Of a stretch of 64,000 bases of DNA, positions 44,131-54,240 are shown one piece after another. This DNA is from an uncultured Clostridia bacterium (GTDB lineage Bacteria > Bacillota > Clostridia > TANB77 > CAG-508): assembly GCA_944386675.1 (NCBI GenBank), contig CALXBY010000001.1, positions 72,486 to 136,485 on the forward strand. Reading direction: 5' to 3'. The position numbers were made by a program, and so were the translations under genes. Under the pieces are notes generated by a model. It was given only the letters and a program-made list of their open reading frames with translations. It ran no database searches and was not told the DNA's origin. Every line of letters begins with the position of its first letter. Position 1 is the first letter of the stretch.

Positions 44131-46698
44131 TTAATTTTCTTCATCTACTTCTGGAGAAATTGTGTTAGTAGTAGGTGTGCTTATATTTGTGTCTGGCCTT
44201 GTAGTATTTCCTGAAGTATTTGTTCCGCCAGTATTATTGTTTGTTGTATTATTTGTTGTGGAATTTGTATTACTTGTATTGGATGAAGTTGTATTATTTC
44301 TATTTGTATTTGTTGTGTTCGTATTGTTTGTAGTATTTGTGGTATTTGTCGTATTCGTTGTTATGTTTGTTTCTGTGTTTGTTTCTGGAATTTTATTTTC
44401 TAAGCTAGGGTCTAATGTTAAGTTATCATTAAATATATTTTGATCTGTTTGTTGCTCGTTATTAGTATTTGTTGTAGTTGTTACTTTGCTTCCAGAATGT
44501 TTTGTACAATTTCCAGGTTTTGTTCCCCACAAGAAATATTCTTCATAAGTATTTGTACAACCACTATTAGCAATTTCGCCAGAGTCTGCACATATGTTTT
44601 GAACTTGAATCCAACTTGGTTTTTCGAATGTTGCTTTATCTAATCCTGAATGGATACTGCGCATGATATTTGCCCAAATGATTCCTGCAGGATTTTGTCT
44701 ATTGAAATAAATTGTCTCATTTTGGTCATATCCAAACCAAGTAGCTGCTGTATAATATGGTGTAAAGCCACATAACCATCTATCATAATTTTCATCTGTT
44801 GTTCCTGTTTTAGCTGCTACATCTATTCCTGAAATAGAGCAATATGTAGCTGTTCCATTTGTTCCTTTAACTGGCTCAGTTAATATTTCTTTTAAAATAT
44901 ATGCAACTTGTTCTGAAAAAACTCTATGAGATTCAGGATTTGCTTCTACAATTGTTTTTCCTGCTTGATTTGTGATGCTTGAATAGAAAGTTGGCTCTAT
45001 ATATACACCATCATTTGCAATTGTTGCATATGCTGCTGCCATTTCTAAAGGTGTGATTCCTTGATCTAATCCTCCTAATGCTAAAGCCAAGCTTTCATCT
45101 TTTTCTGTTAAAGATGTAATTCCCATCTTTTCAAGGTATTTAATTGCTGTTTTTGGTTTTATTTCTTCCATCATTTCTACAAAAGGTATGTTTTGAGATG
45201 ATTCTACTGCTCTTCTAACAGTTACTTCTCCTAAATATCCATCATAATTTTTGGGACTATAATTACCATCAAATGTTTTCTCTACATCAGCATATAGAGT
45301 TGCTGCTGTAAATTTTTTCTTATCAATTCCAGGAGCTAATACGGCTAATGGTTTTATAGATGAACCAGTTTGCCTTTTGCTTTGTGTTGCTCTGTTTAAG
45401 CCTCTTGCTGTATCTTTTTCTCCTAATCCTCCAACACATGCCATAACTTGACCTGTCTTATGATCAATAATAGCCATTGCTGCTTGAGCTGTATCTCCAC
45501 CTTCTCTAGATTGTATACGATATTGTTTTTTATTAAATTCTTCTTCAGCTCTATCTTGAATACTTGAATCTTGCGTACTATTAATTGTTAGACCTGATAA
45601 ATAGATATAATTTGTTGCAAACTCTTCTGAGATATTTTTCTTATCTGCTATATCTTGAATGATTTCATTAATTAATGCATCTGTATGATAAGAATAGATT
45701 CCATCACCTGATTCTACAGTTCCTTGTTTAAAGTTTAAGTCGCTGTCTACTTCTGCTACAGCTGTATTGTATTCTTCTTCAGTAATATATTCTAATTCTA
45801 ACATTTTTTCTAACACAGTTTTTGTTCGATTATTTATTTTTTCAGTATTATCTGTTTCATCTGTAAAAGGATTATATGAATTAGGAGAATTATTTATTCC
45901 TGCTAAAAATGCACATTCTGCTAATGTTAATTCTTGAACATCTTTATTAAAATAGTATTTTGCTCCAGAACCAACACCATATATATTAGGTCCGACATAA
46001 ATAACATTTAAGTACATATCTAATATTTCTTCTTTTGAAAAATAACATTCTAGCAAATATGCTTTCCACCATTCTTTTACTTTTCTAGAAATAGAACTAC
46101 TATTATCTCCTGTTAAGTTTTTAACCAATTGTTGTGTAATCGTACTTCCTCCAAATGAAGAGTTTCCCATATGTATTACATAATTAATAATTGCTGAACC
46201 TGTTCTTTTTATGTCTACTCCGTGATGTCTATAATATCTTTCATCTTCTATTGAAACATAAGCATCTTTCAAGTTTTCTGGCATGTTTTCTGTTTCTACT
46301 TTTATCTTCTTTCTTTCACTACCTAAGTTAGCAATTGTATTCCCTTCAGAATCGATTACAATCGAATTTTCATTTACAAACATATCTGTTGTTAACTGTT
46401 TCCAATTGTGTGCTGAAATAGCTAATATAATTGCTAAAATAATAATGATTATTATTATAATTGTAATGACAATTTTTTTTATTTTCTTTTTCTTTATAGC
46501 CTTTTTATAATCAAAATCATTTTGTTCATCTATTTGACCTTTTCTTTTTAGATGTTTGCTTTTTTCATTATTTTTGTGTTTATTTCTATATTGTTTTCTA
46601 TTTTCTTCTTGTATGAATTTTTCTCGTTCTTCTTTTTCTTTTTGCATCTTTCGCATAGCTCTAGGAAGTTCTTCTTGTTTCTCTTTGTTATTAAACAT
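44131..46698 (-). CDS. Bifunctional class A penicillin-binding protein (PBP1A family) with an N/T-rich C-terminal tail
   Basis: GT51 motifs EDERYYRHHGVD, GGSTITQQL and RKVKEW are present. Transpeptidase motifs SGSSIKP, SQN and KTGT are present. The C-terminal ~80 aa are TNTTNTTNTTNN-type low complexity (about 44161..44395). Confidence 0.93.
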   Translation of the reverse strand: MFNNKEKQEELPRAMRKMQKEKEEREKFIQEENRKQYRNKHKNNEKSKHLKRKGQIDEQNDFDYKKAIKKKKIKKIVITIIIIIIIILAIILAISAHNWKQLTTDMFVNENSIVIDSEGNTIANLGSERKKIKVETENMPENLKDAYVSIEDERYYRHHGVDIKRTGSAIINYVIHMGNSSFGGSTITQQLVKNLTGDNSSSISRKVKEWWKAYLLECYFSKEEILDMYLNVIYVGPNIYGVGSGAKYYFNKDVQELTLAECAFLAGINNSPNSYNPFTDETDNTEKINNRTKTVLEKMLELEYITEEEYNTAVAEVDSDLNFKQGTVESGDGIYSYHTDALINEIIQDIADKKNISEEFATNYIYLSGLTINSTQDSSIQDRAEEEFNKKQYRIQSREGGDTAQAAMAIIDHKTGQVMACVGGLGEKDTARGLNRATQSKRQTGSSIKPLAVLAPGIDKKKFTAATLYADVEKTFDGNYSPKNYDGYLGEVTVRRAVESSQNIPFVEMMEEIKPKTAIKYLEKMGITSLTEKDESLALALGGLDQGITPLEMAAAYATIANDGVYIEPTFYSSITNQAGKTIVEANPESHRVFSEQVAYILKEILTEPVKGTNGTATYCSISGIDVAAKTGTTDENYDRWLCGFTPYYTAATWFGYDQNETIYFNRQNPAGIIWANIMRSIHSGLDKATFEKPSWIQVQNICADSGEIANSGCTNTYEEYFLWGTKPGNCTKHSGSKVTTTTNTNNEQQTDQNIFNDNLTLDPSLENKIPETNTETNITTNTTNTTNTTNNTNTTNTNRNNTTSSNTSNTNSTTNNTTNNNTGGTNTSGNTTRPDTNISTPTTNTISPEVDEEN

Positions 46699-46890
46699 AT
46701 ATTCACTATCCTTTACTATAAATTTATAAATAGTATATCATAATATAGAAAAAAATCAAATTCGGTTACTAGTAGTTTCAAATCAAAACTTTGCGCAAAA
46801 TTTTTAACTGATACTATTTCCTTTTTATTCCTCTTGATATATAATAAGTGGAGATACATATTTAATACATACTAAGGAGTGAAAAAACTT

Positions 46891-47874
46891 ATGATAAAAC
46901 GTGAAGAAAATCCTGATTATATTAATTCTTTTTTAGATTATAGTGCTACTATTTTAAATAAATCACCTAATAGTATCAAAGAATATAACTATGATTTAAT
47001 GATGTTTTTTAGGTTTATTAAAATTCATTTTCATTTAACTGATAAAACCGATTTTACAAAAATTGAAATTAAAGATATTCCAATTAGTGTTATAAAAAAA
47101 ATTACCTTAGAAGATATTCATGCTTTTATTAGTTATATGGCAATGGAATTAAAAAGTAAATCTGCTACAAGAGCTAGAAAAGTTTCTACTATAAGAATCT
47201 TTTTTAAATATCTTTCTCAAAAAGCAAATTTAATCGAAATTAATCCTGCCCAAAACTTAGAAACTCCAAAAGCTGATAAAAGACTTCCTAAATATCTAAA
47301 TTTAGAAGAAAGTAAACGTTTATTAGATGTTACAGAAAATGAAGATAATCGAAATTACCAAAGAGATTATGCTATTATTACTTTATTTTTGAATTGTGGA
47401 CTTCGTTTATCTGAACTTGTTGGAATTGATATTAAAGATATTGATTTTAGTGAAGCAAAACTAAATGTTATAGGAAAAGGAAATAAAGAAAGAACCATTT
47501 ATTTGAATAAAGCTTGTTTAAAAGCAATTAGCGAATATTTACAAGTAAGACCAAAAGAAGGAATTAAAGTTGATAAATTAAATTCTCATAAAGCCTTATT
47601 TTTGAGCGAACGTCGAGAAAGAATTAGTAAAAGGACCGTTCAATATATTGTAAATAAGGAATTACAAGCAGCTGGACTTGATACTAATAAATATTCTGTT
47701 CATAAATTAAGACATACTGCTGCAACCTTAATGTATCAATATGGAAATGTAGATATTAGAGCCTTACAAGTACTTTTAGGACATGAAAGTATATCTACTA
47801 CAGAAATTTATACGCATGTTGAAAATACACAAGTTCGAGATGCTGTTAACCATAACCCATTGGCTGATGTATAA
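46891..47874 (+). CDS. Tyrosine recombinase, XerC/XerD family
   Basis: It has an N-terminal SAM-like domain and the catalytic pattern R...HKLRHTAAT...LLGHESISTTEIYTHV. The ATG at 46891 has SD AAGGAG upstream. Confidence 0.85.
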   Translation: MIKREENPDYINSFLDYSATILNKSPNSIKEYNYDLMMFFRFIKIHFHLTDKTDFTKIEIKDIPISVIKKITLEDIHAFISYMAMELKSKSATRARKVSTIRIFFKYLSQKANLIEINPAQNLETPKADKRLPKYLNLEESKRLLDVTENEDNRNYQRDYAIITLFLNCGLRLSELVGIDIKDIDFSEAKLNVIGKGNKERTIYLNKACLKAISEYLQVRPKEGIKVDKLNSHKALFLSERRERISKRTVQYIVNKELQAAGLDTNKYSVHKLRHTAATLMYQYGNVDIRALQVLLGHESISTTEIYTHVENTQVRDAVNHNPLADV

Positions 47875-47894
47875 GGAAGTATTATAACTTCCTT
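47871..47894. terminator. Shared hairpin spanning both stop codons of convergent genes
   Basis: TAAGGAAGT pairs with ACTTCCTTA as a perfect 9-bp stem. Only 7 nt separate the two stop codons. Confidence 0.55.
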
Positions 47895-48772
47895 ATCTGT
47901 TTTATTGCTTCTGGAATCATTTCAATCGTATCAGAAGCCTTCATACTAATATCTGTATATTTTTCTTGTGCTAGTTCTCCTGCTACACCTGCTAAATAGC
48001 TACCTGTGGCTATTGTTTTTATAGTTGCTTCCTGATAACCTAACATGCCTACTAAAATTCCGGATAACACATCACCGCTCCCTGCTGTTGCCATGCCAGG
48101 ACAACCTCTATTTACTAAATAAGTATCTTTACCATCAGTTACAATTGTTGTGCTTCCTTTTAGTAATAAGATAACATGGTATTGATTAGCAAATGTTCTA
48201 GCAAGTTCTATCGAATTTTCTTTTATTTCGTTTACAGATATTTTAGATAACCTTTCAAATTCCTTTAAATGTGGTGTTAATATGACTTTACACCTTGTTT
48301 CTTTTAGTATATCTAAATTCATTTGAGATAATGTATTTAAACCATCTGCATCAATGACACAAGGAATTTTTTTTGTATCTAATATGTATTTTAGAATTTT
48401 TTCGTTGTCTTTACCTTCTCCCCATCCCATTCCAATTGCTAATGATTTCAATTTATCTAATGATTTATCAATTTCTTCTTTATCAAATTGCATTTTATTT
48501 TCTTCATCATTTTTTATTGGAAAAACAGTTTGTTCTAGTAAATATGGAGCGATTGCATTTTCTACAGACTTTGGAATAATTACTCTTGTTACACCACACC
48601 CAGCACGTAATGCAGATGAACTCATATTGGCAAGTTTAATGGCACCTGTATATTCCATACAGCCTCCCATAATTCCAACATATCCATAAGTTCCTTTATG
48701 ACTATCTTTTTCTCTTTCTTTAAAAATTTCCTTTAAATCTTGATTTGTTAATTCTAAAATATTTATATTCAT
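47882..48772 (-). CDS. nnrD: ADP-dependent NAD(P)H-hydrate dehydratase
   Basis: This is a YjeF C-terminal-type carbohydrate kinase fold with HKGTYGYVGIMGG and GSGDVLSGI. No epimerase domain is present. Confidence 0.85.
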   Translation of the reverse strand: MNINILELTNQDLKEIFKEREKDSHKGTYGYVGIMGGCMEYTGAIKLANMSSSALRAGCGVTRVIIPKSVENAIAPYLLEQTVFPIKNDEENKMQFDKEEIDKSLDKLKSLAIGMGWGEGKDNEKILKYILDTKKIPCVIDADGLNTLSQMNLDILKETRCKVILTPHLKEFERLSKISVNEIKENSIELARTFANQYHVILLLKGSTTIVTDGKDTYLVNRGCPGMATAGSGDVLSGILVGMLGYQEATIKTIATGSYLAGVAGELAQEKYTDISMKASDTIEMIPEAIKQIRKL

Positions 48773-48850
48773 CTTTTTTCCTTCTTTTTATTGATTTAAA
48801 AATATGCATCTCTAGATATTCTTTATGCATATCAGTAGTAATAAATACAT

Positions 48851-49234
48851 TTATGCTAAAAATTGCAATATGATAAAAATAATTTCTATAAAAATACTAA
48901 CTTGTGCAACTCCTGCTAAAGTTCCTGTTATAAATCTTCTTATGTTAGTAGATTCCTTAATGTTTTTATATTGGATATACCAATCTAAAAACATAATTAA
49001 AAGAAATATACAAGATATATATATCGGAATTCTAAATTTTAAAATATAGATTATAATTCCTAGCAATTGACCAAATAATATACCTGTACATCTACTGCAA
49101 ATTGGAAATTGCCATCCTTTTATTTTAAAACTTCTATCTTCTCTTTGATGGCAACCACATCGGTTTCCTAATCTCATGAAAAATGCCCATGTCTTAATTT
49201 TTGTACTTTTCTTCATTAAAATCTTCTTCCACAA
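48851..49234 (-). CDS. DUF2085-family membrane protein
   Basis: CGCHQREDRSF ... FPICSRCTG followed by TM helices is the DUF2085 pattern. The exact start is uncertain. Confidence 0.65.
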   Translation of the reverse strand: MWKKILMKKSTKIKTWAFFMRLGNRCGCHQREDRSFKIKGWQFPICSRCTGILFGQLLGIIIYILKFRIPIYISCIFLLIMFLDWYIQYKNIKESTNIRRFITGTLAGVAQVSIFIEIIFIILQFLA

Positions 49235-49422
49235 TCATTACATATATTTGTTGTTCTGGTTTCAGTTGTAGTATCTCCTGTATTACATAATCCACATAAA
49301 ATACCAGGCCATCCAAACAATAGATAGCCACAGCAAGCATCTCCTCCATCAAAACCTTTTGTTTTAGTTTTTGTATCAATAATACTAGATATATTTTCAC
49401 TTCCGCAATTAGGACATCTCAT
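49216..49422 (-). CDS. Small zinc-ribbon protein
   Basis: The start MRCPNCGS has SD GGAGGA upstream. There is a second CxxC near the C-terminus (CNDCGRRF) and a hydrophobic Cys/Gly-rich centre. Confidence 0.55.
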   Translation of the reverse strand: MRCPNCGSENISSIIDTKTKTKGFDGGDACCGYLLFGWPGILCGLCNTGDTTTETRTTNICNDCGRRF

Positions 49423-49519
49423 AAGCTTCCTCCAATTTTTATTATAACTTCTTATTATTATGTATATCATAAACTAGCGTTTTAATCAATTAAGAATTTA
49501 TGAATATTTTATGTACATT

Positions 49520-50557
49520 TTATAACTTTATATAATGATATTCACAAGCACGAATTAATCGGTTCATAATGGCAAGACCTATTCCGTCTTCTTTAACTCC
49601 CTCAATAATAACAATATCAGGTTCAAATTCATCTACTTTTCTTAAATCTTTGAATATGTTTTGGGCAATTTCATTTAAATTATCCTTTGAACCATATAAA
49701 ATTTTATGTTCTACATCATAATATTCAGCATTTTCATTACAAGAAATAATCAGTGGATTAACATATTTTTTTGCAAGTTCTTGTATTTCTTTAATCATTT
49801 TTTCATTATTTTCACTATATACAAGCACACAATTACTTTTTGGTGCATAATGTCTATATTTCATTCCAGGTGATAACACTTTTTCATTTGATTCGATATT
49901 TTTTAAAATATGTTCATCTATTTTTACGCTACCTACTACTTTTTCTATTTCTTCAGGAGAAATTTTACCAGGTCTTAAAATATTGGGAATTCCATCAACA
50001 ACCCTTACAACAGTTGACTCTACACCCACTTCACATTCTCCCCCATCAATAATATAATCTACTTTATCAGAAAGTTCATCAAAAATATCTGAAATATTCG
50101 TGCCACTTGGCCTTCCAGAAATATTTGCACTTGGTGCTGCAACAGGAATATTTGCATAATTAATTAATTCTTTTGCAATTTTTCCACTTGGCATACGAAT
50201 ACCAACTGTGTCTAGTCCTCCTGTAACAATATCTGGAACAATGTCTGTTCTATTTAAAATAATCGTAAATGGTCCTGGCCAAAATGTTTTCATTAATGCT
50301 TCTTCTATTTTAGAAATATTTTTAGCAATTTTATGTAGCATACTAAAATTAGATATATGTAAAATTAACGGATTATCTTGTTTTCTTCCTTTTGCTATAT
50401 ATATTTTTTTTACTGCATTTTTATCCAATCCATTTGCTCCTAATCCATATACTGTTTCTGTCGGAAATAAAACAAGTCCTCCACTTCGTATAATATCTCC
50501 TGCAACTTTTAATTTAGAATAGTCTGTTGAATTCTTCAAATCTAAATATTTTTCCAA
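49520..50557 (-). CDS. L-threonylcarbamoyladenylate synthase (Sua5/YwlC/TsaC type)
   Basis: The YrdC core is VLFPTETVYGLGAN ... KGRKQDNPLILH ... SANISGRPS, followed by a Sua5 C-terminal domain. 345 aa. Confidence 0.9.
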   Translation of the reverse strand: MEKYLDLKNSTDYSKLKVAGDIIRSGGLVLFPTETVYGLGANGLDKNAVKKIYIAKGRKQDNPLILHISNFSMLHKIAKNISKIEEALMKTFWPGPFTIILNRTDIVPDIVTGGLDTVGIRMPSGKIAKELINYANIPVAAPSANISGRPSGTNISDIFDELSDKVDYIIDGGECEVGVESTVVRVVDGIPNILRPGKISPEEIEKVVGSVKIDEHILKNIESNEKVLSPGMKYRHYAPKSNCVLVYSENNEKMIKEIQELAKKYVNPLIISCNENAEYYDVEHKILYGSKDNLNEIAQNIFKDLRKVDEFEPDIVIIEGVKEDGIGLAIMNRLIRACEYHYIKL

Positions 50558-50764
50558 TCTTTTACCTTCTTTCTTCGAAATATATTATAATGTATTTTTA
50601 TACTTTTATCAAGGTTTATGTAAATATATGATTTTAATATTACAATAAAAAAATTACATATTTTTTACATTTTTTAAAAAATACTGGACATATTTTTATT
50701 ACTTGTGATATTATAGTAAAGAACTTAAGATAAATTTTTTAGTTTTTAACGGAGGTATAAAAAT

Positions 50765-51127
50765 ATGATTAAAAATTTAAAAATATTTTGTGTTATCGTA
50801 ATATTATTATTGTTATTATTTTTTTCAACAACCGCTTTGGCAGTAGATATGGATATTAATGAAACAAATAGTCAAAATACAACTTCTAATACATCTAACA
50901 CTTCTAATATGGCAAATACATCAAATACATCTAGTTCTAATACTTCAACAAATTCTTCATCATCTAGTAGCAGTAGCTCTTCATATAATACAAATACAAC
51001 AACTATACAAAGTAGTTTGCCTGAAAGTGATTTGGGCATATCAAATATTTTATGCATTATTCTAATTGCTATCGGTATATTACTAATATTATTAGCTATT
51101 GCAATTTTGATTCGACTTGGTAAATAG
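50765..51127 (+). CDS. Small secreted or anchored S/T/N-rich protein
   Basis: It has a signal peptide, the tract NTTSNTSNTSNMANTSNTSSSNTSTNSSSSSSSSSS (about 50858..51005) and a C-terminal TM helix. Confidence 0.5.
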   Translation: MIKNLKIFCVIVILLLLLFFSTTALAVDMDINETNSQNTTSNTSNTSNMANTSNTSSSNTSTNSSSSSSSSSSYNTNTTTIQSSLPESDLGISNILCIILIAIGILLILLAIAILIRLGK

Positions 51128-51326
51128 TTTATTTTAAGATTTTAACTTTTTAGTTGAAATCTTTTTTTGTTATATTCCCCATAAGCAAAAAAAATATTTG
51201 AAATTTAAAACATATTTGTTTTGCAATTTTTTCATGTATAATTATTTTTGTTTTTTCAATAATATTAATGAGAATATATTGTCTCAATATTATTTTCATT
51301 AATATTTTTTAAGGAGGATATAGATT

Positions 51327-51794
51327 ATGCAGAAAAAATTGTTTATTACATTTGCTATCATTGTTTCAATTGTCTTTTCTTTTTCTGTATGTTTTGCAAC
51401 AGATATGTTAACAGATGCTACAAATGCTGTAAAAGATACCATGAATAATGCTGGTAATGCTGTTAAAGATACTATGAATAATGCTGGTAATACAATGCAT
51501 AATTCCATGGAAAAGACAGAAAATACTGTTGAAAATGCAGGCAATAAAATTGAAGGAACTGGAAATACTTTAGAAAAAGATGTAAAAAATACAACTTCTA
51601 GAGTTACAAATACTAATAATGATGGTTATACTGCTACTAGAACATCTGCCAATGGAAATGCAACTTTTATGGGAATGAATGCAACAGCTTGGACTTGGCT
51701 AATTTTAGGTATTGCAGCTATCGCTATTATTGCTGTTGTTTGGTATTATTCAATGCAAATCACTTCTGAAAGTAATCATTCAAGAAGAGATTAG
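51327..51794 (+). CDS. Secreted or anchored protein with 11-residue repeats
   Basis: It has a signal peptide, repeated NAGNAVKDTMN units and a C-terminal TM helix (WTWLILGIAAIAIIAVVWYY). Confidence 0.55.
   Translation: MQKKLFITFAIIVSIVFSFSVCFATDMLTDATNAVKDTMNNAGNAVKDTMNNAGNTMHNSMEKTENTVENAGNKIEGTGNTLEKDVKNTTSRVTNTNNDGYTATRTSANGNATFMGMNATAWTWLILGIAAIAIIAVVWYYSMQITSESNHSRRD
51423..51488 (+). repeat. Two tandem 33-bp coding repeats
   Basis: AATGCTGTAAAAGATACCATGAATAATGCTGGT is followed by AATGCTGTTAAAGATACTATGAATAATGCTGGT. Confidence 0.85.
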
Positions 51795-51894
51795 TTTTTT
51801 AGTTAACAGATAGAAATTAAGAATATTTCTATCTGTTCTATTTTATTATTTAATTATTTATGATATAATATGCAAAAACTGAAGAGGTAATTAT

Positions 51895-52353
51895 ATGAAT
51901 ACAAAATTAATTGCAAAAAATCCAACTGCATATCATAATTATTTTATTGAAGACAAAATAGAAACTGGTATTGTCTTATTTGGAACAGAAATCAAATCTA
52001 TTAGAGCTGGTAAAGTCAATTTAAAGGATAGCTATGCAAACATCAAAAATGGTGAAGTATACATATCTGGTATGCATATTAGTCCCTATGAACATGGAAA
52101 TATTTTTAATAAAAATCCTTTAAGAGATAGAAAATTATTACTAAATAAAAGAGAAATCAATAGACTAATTGGTCTTACAAAACAAAAAGGATATGCCTTG
52201 ATTCCGATTAGCATCTATTTTAAAGGAAATTTTGTAAAACTTGAATTAGGTATTGGAAAAGGAAAAAAATTATATGATAAACGCCAAGATATTGCTAAAA
52301 AAGATGCTCAAAAACAAATTGCTATTAATTTAAAAAACAAGCAATACATGTAA
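51895..52353 (+). CDS. smpB: SsrA-binding protein
   Basis: [34 protein letters not shown] ... [12 protein letters not shown] is the canonical SmpB sequence. 152 aa. Confidence 0.95.
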   Translation: MNTKLIAKNPTAYHNYFIEDKIETGIVLFGTEIKSIRAGKVNLKDSYANIKNGEVYISGMHISPYEHGNIFNKNPLRDRKLLLNKREINRLIGLTKQKGYALIPISIYFKGNFVKLELGIGKGKKLYDKRQDIAKKDAQKQIAINLKNKQYM

Positions 52354-52402
52354 ATTTTTTTAATATAATTTTATTACAAAAAGTGAGGTTCTAAATTAAA
52401 AG

Positions 52403-52437
52403 AAGGACTAGAAAATTATAATTCTAGTCCTTTTTTT
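52403..52437 (+). terminator. smpB terminator overlapping the 3' end of the convergent gene
   Basis: AAGGACTAGAA pairs with TTCTAGTCCTT, followed by a T-run. The hairpin encodes the last residues of the minus-strand ORF. Confidence 0.65.
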
Positions 52438-52895
52438 GATTCTTTTTTTGCTTGATTTTTTAATGCTGTCTTTTTTACAGCATTTTGTCTTACTTTAGCT
52501 AAAATTTCTTCATATTGTTCTTTAGTTAATTGTTTTTCTTGTATTAAGCTTTCTATTAAACTTCCTATTTCTGTTGTATTTGTCTTAATCCCTAATTCTT
52601 GTCCAATTTCTTCTGCTATTTCTTTTCTTGACTTACCTGTTAAAATTTTTTTCAGCACAATAGATTTTAATTCTTCTTTTCTTTCTTCTTTTTCTTTTTG
52701 TTTTGTTTCTTCTCTTTTTCTAAAAACTGCTTCATCTTCATCTGTAATTTCGCCTGTGTCTATTGCTTCTTTTATATATTTTCTTATTGTAGTAATAGAA
52801 TTAAAATAGCCACTATATCTCCAAATTTCCATAGGCTCCATTGAAGATGGTTTTTTATATAATTCAATGATTTCTTGTTTGCTTAATTTAGGCAT
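52416..52895 (-). CDS. Hypothetical K/E-rich protein
   Basis: The ORF is 159 aa. A possible HTH-like segment is GKSRKEIAEEIGQELGIK. I recognise no family. Confidence 0.45.
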   Translation of the reverse strand: MPKLSKQEIIELYKKPSSMEPMEIWRYSGYFNSITTIRKYIKEAIDTGEITDEDEAVFRKREETKQKEKEERKEELKSIVLKKILTGKSRKEIAEEIGQELGIKTNTTEIGSLIESLIQEKQLTKEQYEEILAKVRQNAVKKTALKNQAKKESKKGLEL

Positions 52896-52910
52896 GTTCT
52901 TTCTCCCCTA

Positions 52911-53840
52911 CTATATCTTACCAGCTGAGCCAAATACATCTTTCATTTTATGCGCAACTGTTTCTTTGATTAATTCTCTTGCTGGTGTTAAATATTTTCT
53001 AGGATCAAATGCACTTGGATCTTCTACAAATACTTTTCTAATTCCAGCTGTCATAGCTAATCTTAAATCTGTATCAACATTAATTTTAGAAACACCAGAT
53101 ACACTTGCTTCATGTAACATCTCATCTGGTACACCTTTTGCTCCAGGAATATTTCCACCATATTGATTACACATATCTACTAATTCTGGTATAACAGTAG
53201 AAGCACCATGTAATACAATTGGTGTATTTGGAATTCTTTCTTTAATTTCTTTTAAAATATCAAATCTTAATTTTGCTTCGCCTTTAAATTTATATGCTCC
53301 ATGACTTGTTCCTATAGCAATTGCTAAAGAATCACATCCTGTTCTTTTTACAAATTCTTCTGCTTGAGCTGGATCTGTATACATAGCATCAGATGCAGAA
53401 ACATTTACGTCATCTTCTATACCTGCTAATTTTCCAAGTTCTGCTTCAACTACAACACCTTTTGAATGTGCATAATCAACTACTTGTTTTGTTAATGCTA
53501 TATTTTCTTCAAAATCATATTTTGAACCATCAATCATAACAGATGTAAAACCATTATCAATACACATTTTTGCAGTTTCGAAATCTGGTCCATGGTCTAA
53601 ATGAATAGCAATTGGAACTTCTGGGTATTGTTCAACTGCTGCTTCTACCATTTTCATTAGGTATCCTATTCTTGCATATTTTATTGCACTTGATGATGCT
53701 TGCAAAATAACTGGAGATTGTGTTTCATGAGCAGCGTCTACAATTGCTTGTACAATTTCCATATTATTTACATTAAAAGCACCTACTGCAAATCCTTCTT
53801 TCATAGATTTTTCAAACATTTCCTTTGTTGTAACTAACAT
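52911..53840 (-). CDS. fba: Class II fructose-1,6-bisphosphate aldolase
   Basis: FAVGAFNVNNME, IAIHLDHG, AIAIGTSHGAYKF and LVLHGAS are present. 309 aa. Confidence 0.95.
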   Translation of the reverse strand: MLVTTKEMFEKSMKEGFAVGAFNVNNMEIVQAIVDAAHETQSPVILQASSSAIKYARIGYLMKMVEAAVEQYPEVPIAIHLDHGPDFETAKMCIDNGFTSVMIDGSKYDFEENIALTKQVVDYAHSKGVVVEAELGKLAGIEDDVNVSASDAMYTDPAQAEEFVKRTGCDSLAIAIGTSHGAYKFKGEAKLRFDILKEIKERIPNTPIVLHGASTVIPELVDMCNQYGGNIPGAKGVPDEMLHEASVSGVSKINVDTDLRLAMTAGIRKVFVEDPSAFDPRKYLTPARELIKETVAHKMKDVFGSAGKI

Positions 53841-53934
53841 ATCTTTTTCCTCCTTTTAGGGATTTTCCCTTATTTTTTGCTAAAGTTATTTTATTTCTAA
53901 TTTACAGATATGTCAAGAAAAAATGAGAAGAAAA

Positions 53935-54102
53935 TTATTCCTTCCCATAAATATAGCTCGAACACATAGATTCATCTGCTTGTTTTGTATTACAATTTTT
54001 AGTTGGTTCTACTTGGATTGCTTGTAACTTACATAAGTTTTGATTTTTTTCATTATACTTACAAGTATCTACTGTACAATGTATTTTTTGATTTCCTTCC
54101 AT
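53935..54102 (-). CDS. DUF1540-domain protein
   Basis: MEGNQKIHCTVDTCKYNEKNQNLCKLQAIQV fits the DUF1540 Cys pattern. The ATG at 54102 has SD GGAGG upstream. Confidence 0.7.
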   Translation of the reverse strand: MEGNQKIHCTVDTCKYNEKNQNLCKLQAIQVEPTKNCNTKQADESMCSSYIYGKE

Positions 54103-54240
54103 CTTGATACCTCCAAAAATTTGTATATGAACATGATTTTTGTCCATACTATTATTATGTATCATATTTTTATTTATATTCAGGAACAAAAATAAAATAT
54201 AATCCATAAAATATATAAAAATGAAAGGAGAATATCGTTT

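Noticed and set aside
46891-47874. The tyrosine recombinase as the integrase of the 36-44 kb block.
   Set aside because: It lies outside the block, separated from it by the core PBP1A gene. It has the size and motifs of housekeeping XerC/D. No repeat shared with the block borders flanks it.
52354-52415. A tmRNA (ssrA) gene immediately downstream of smpB.
   Set aside because: Only 62 nt separate smpB from the next gene, and they contain a simple terminator hairpin. There is no tRNA-like acceptor or T-arm and no tag reading frame.
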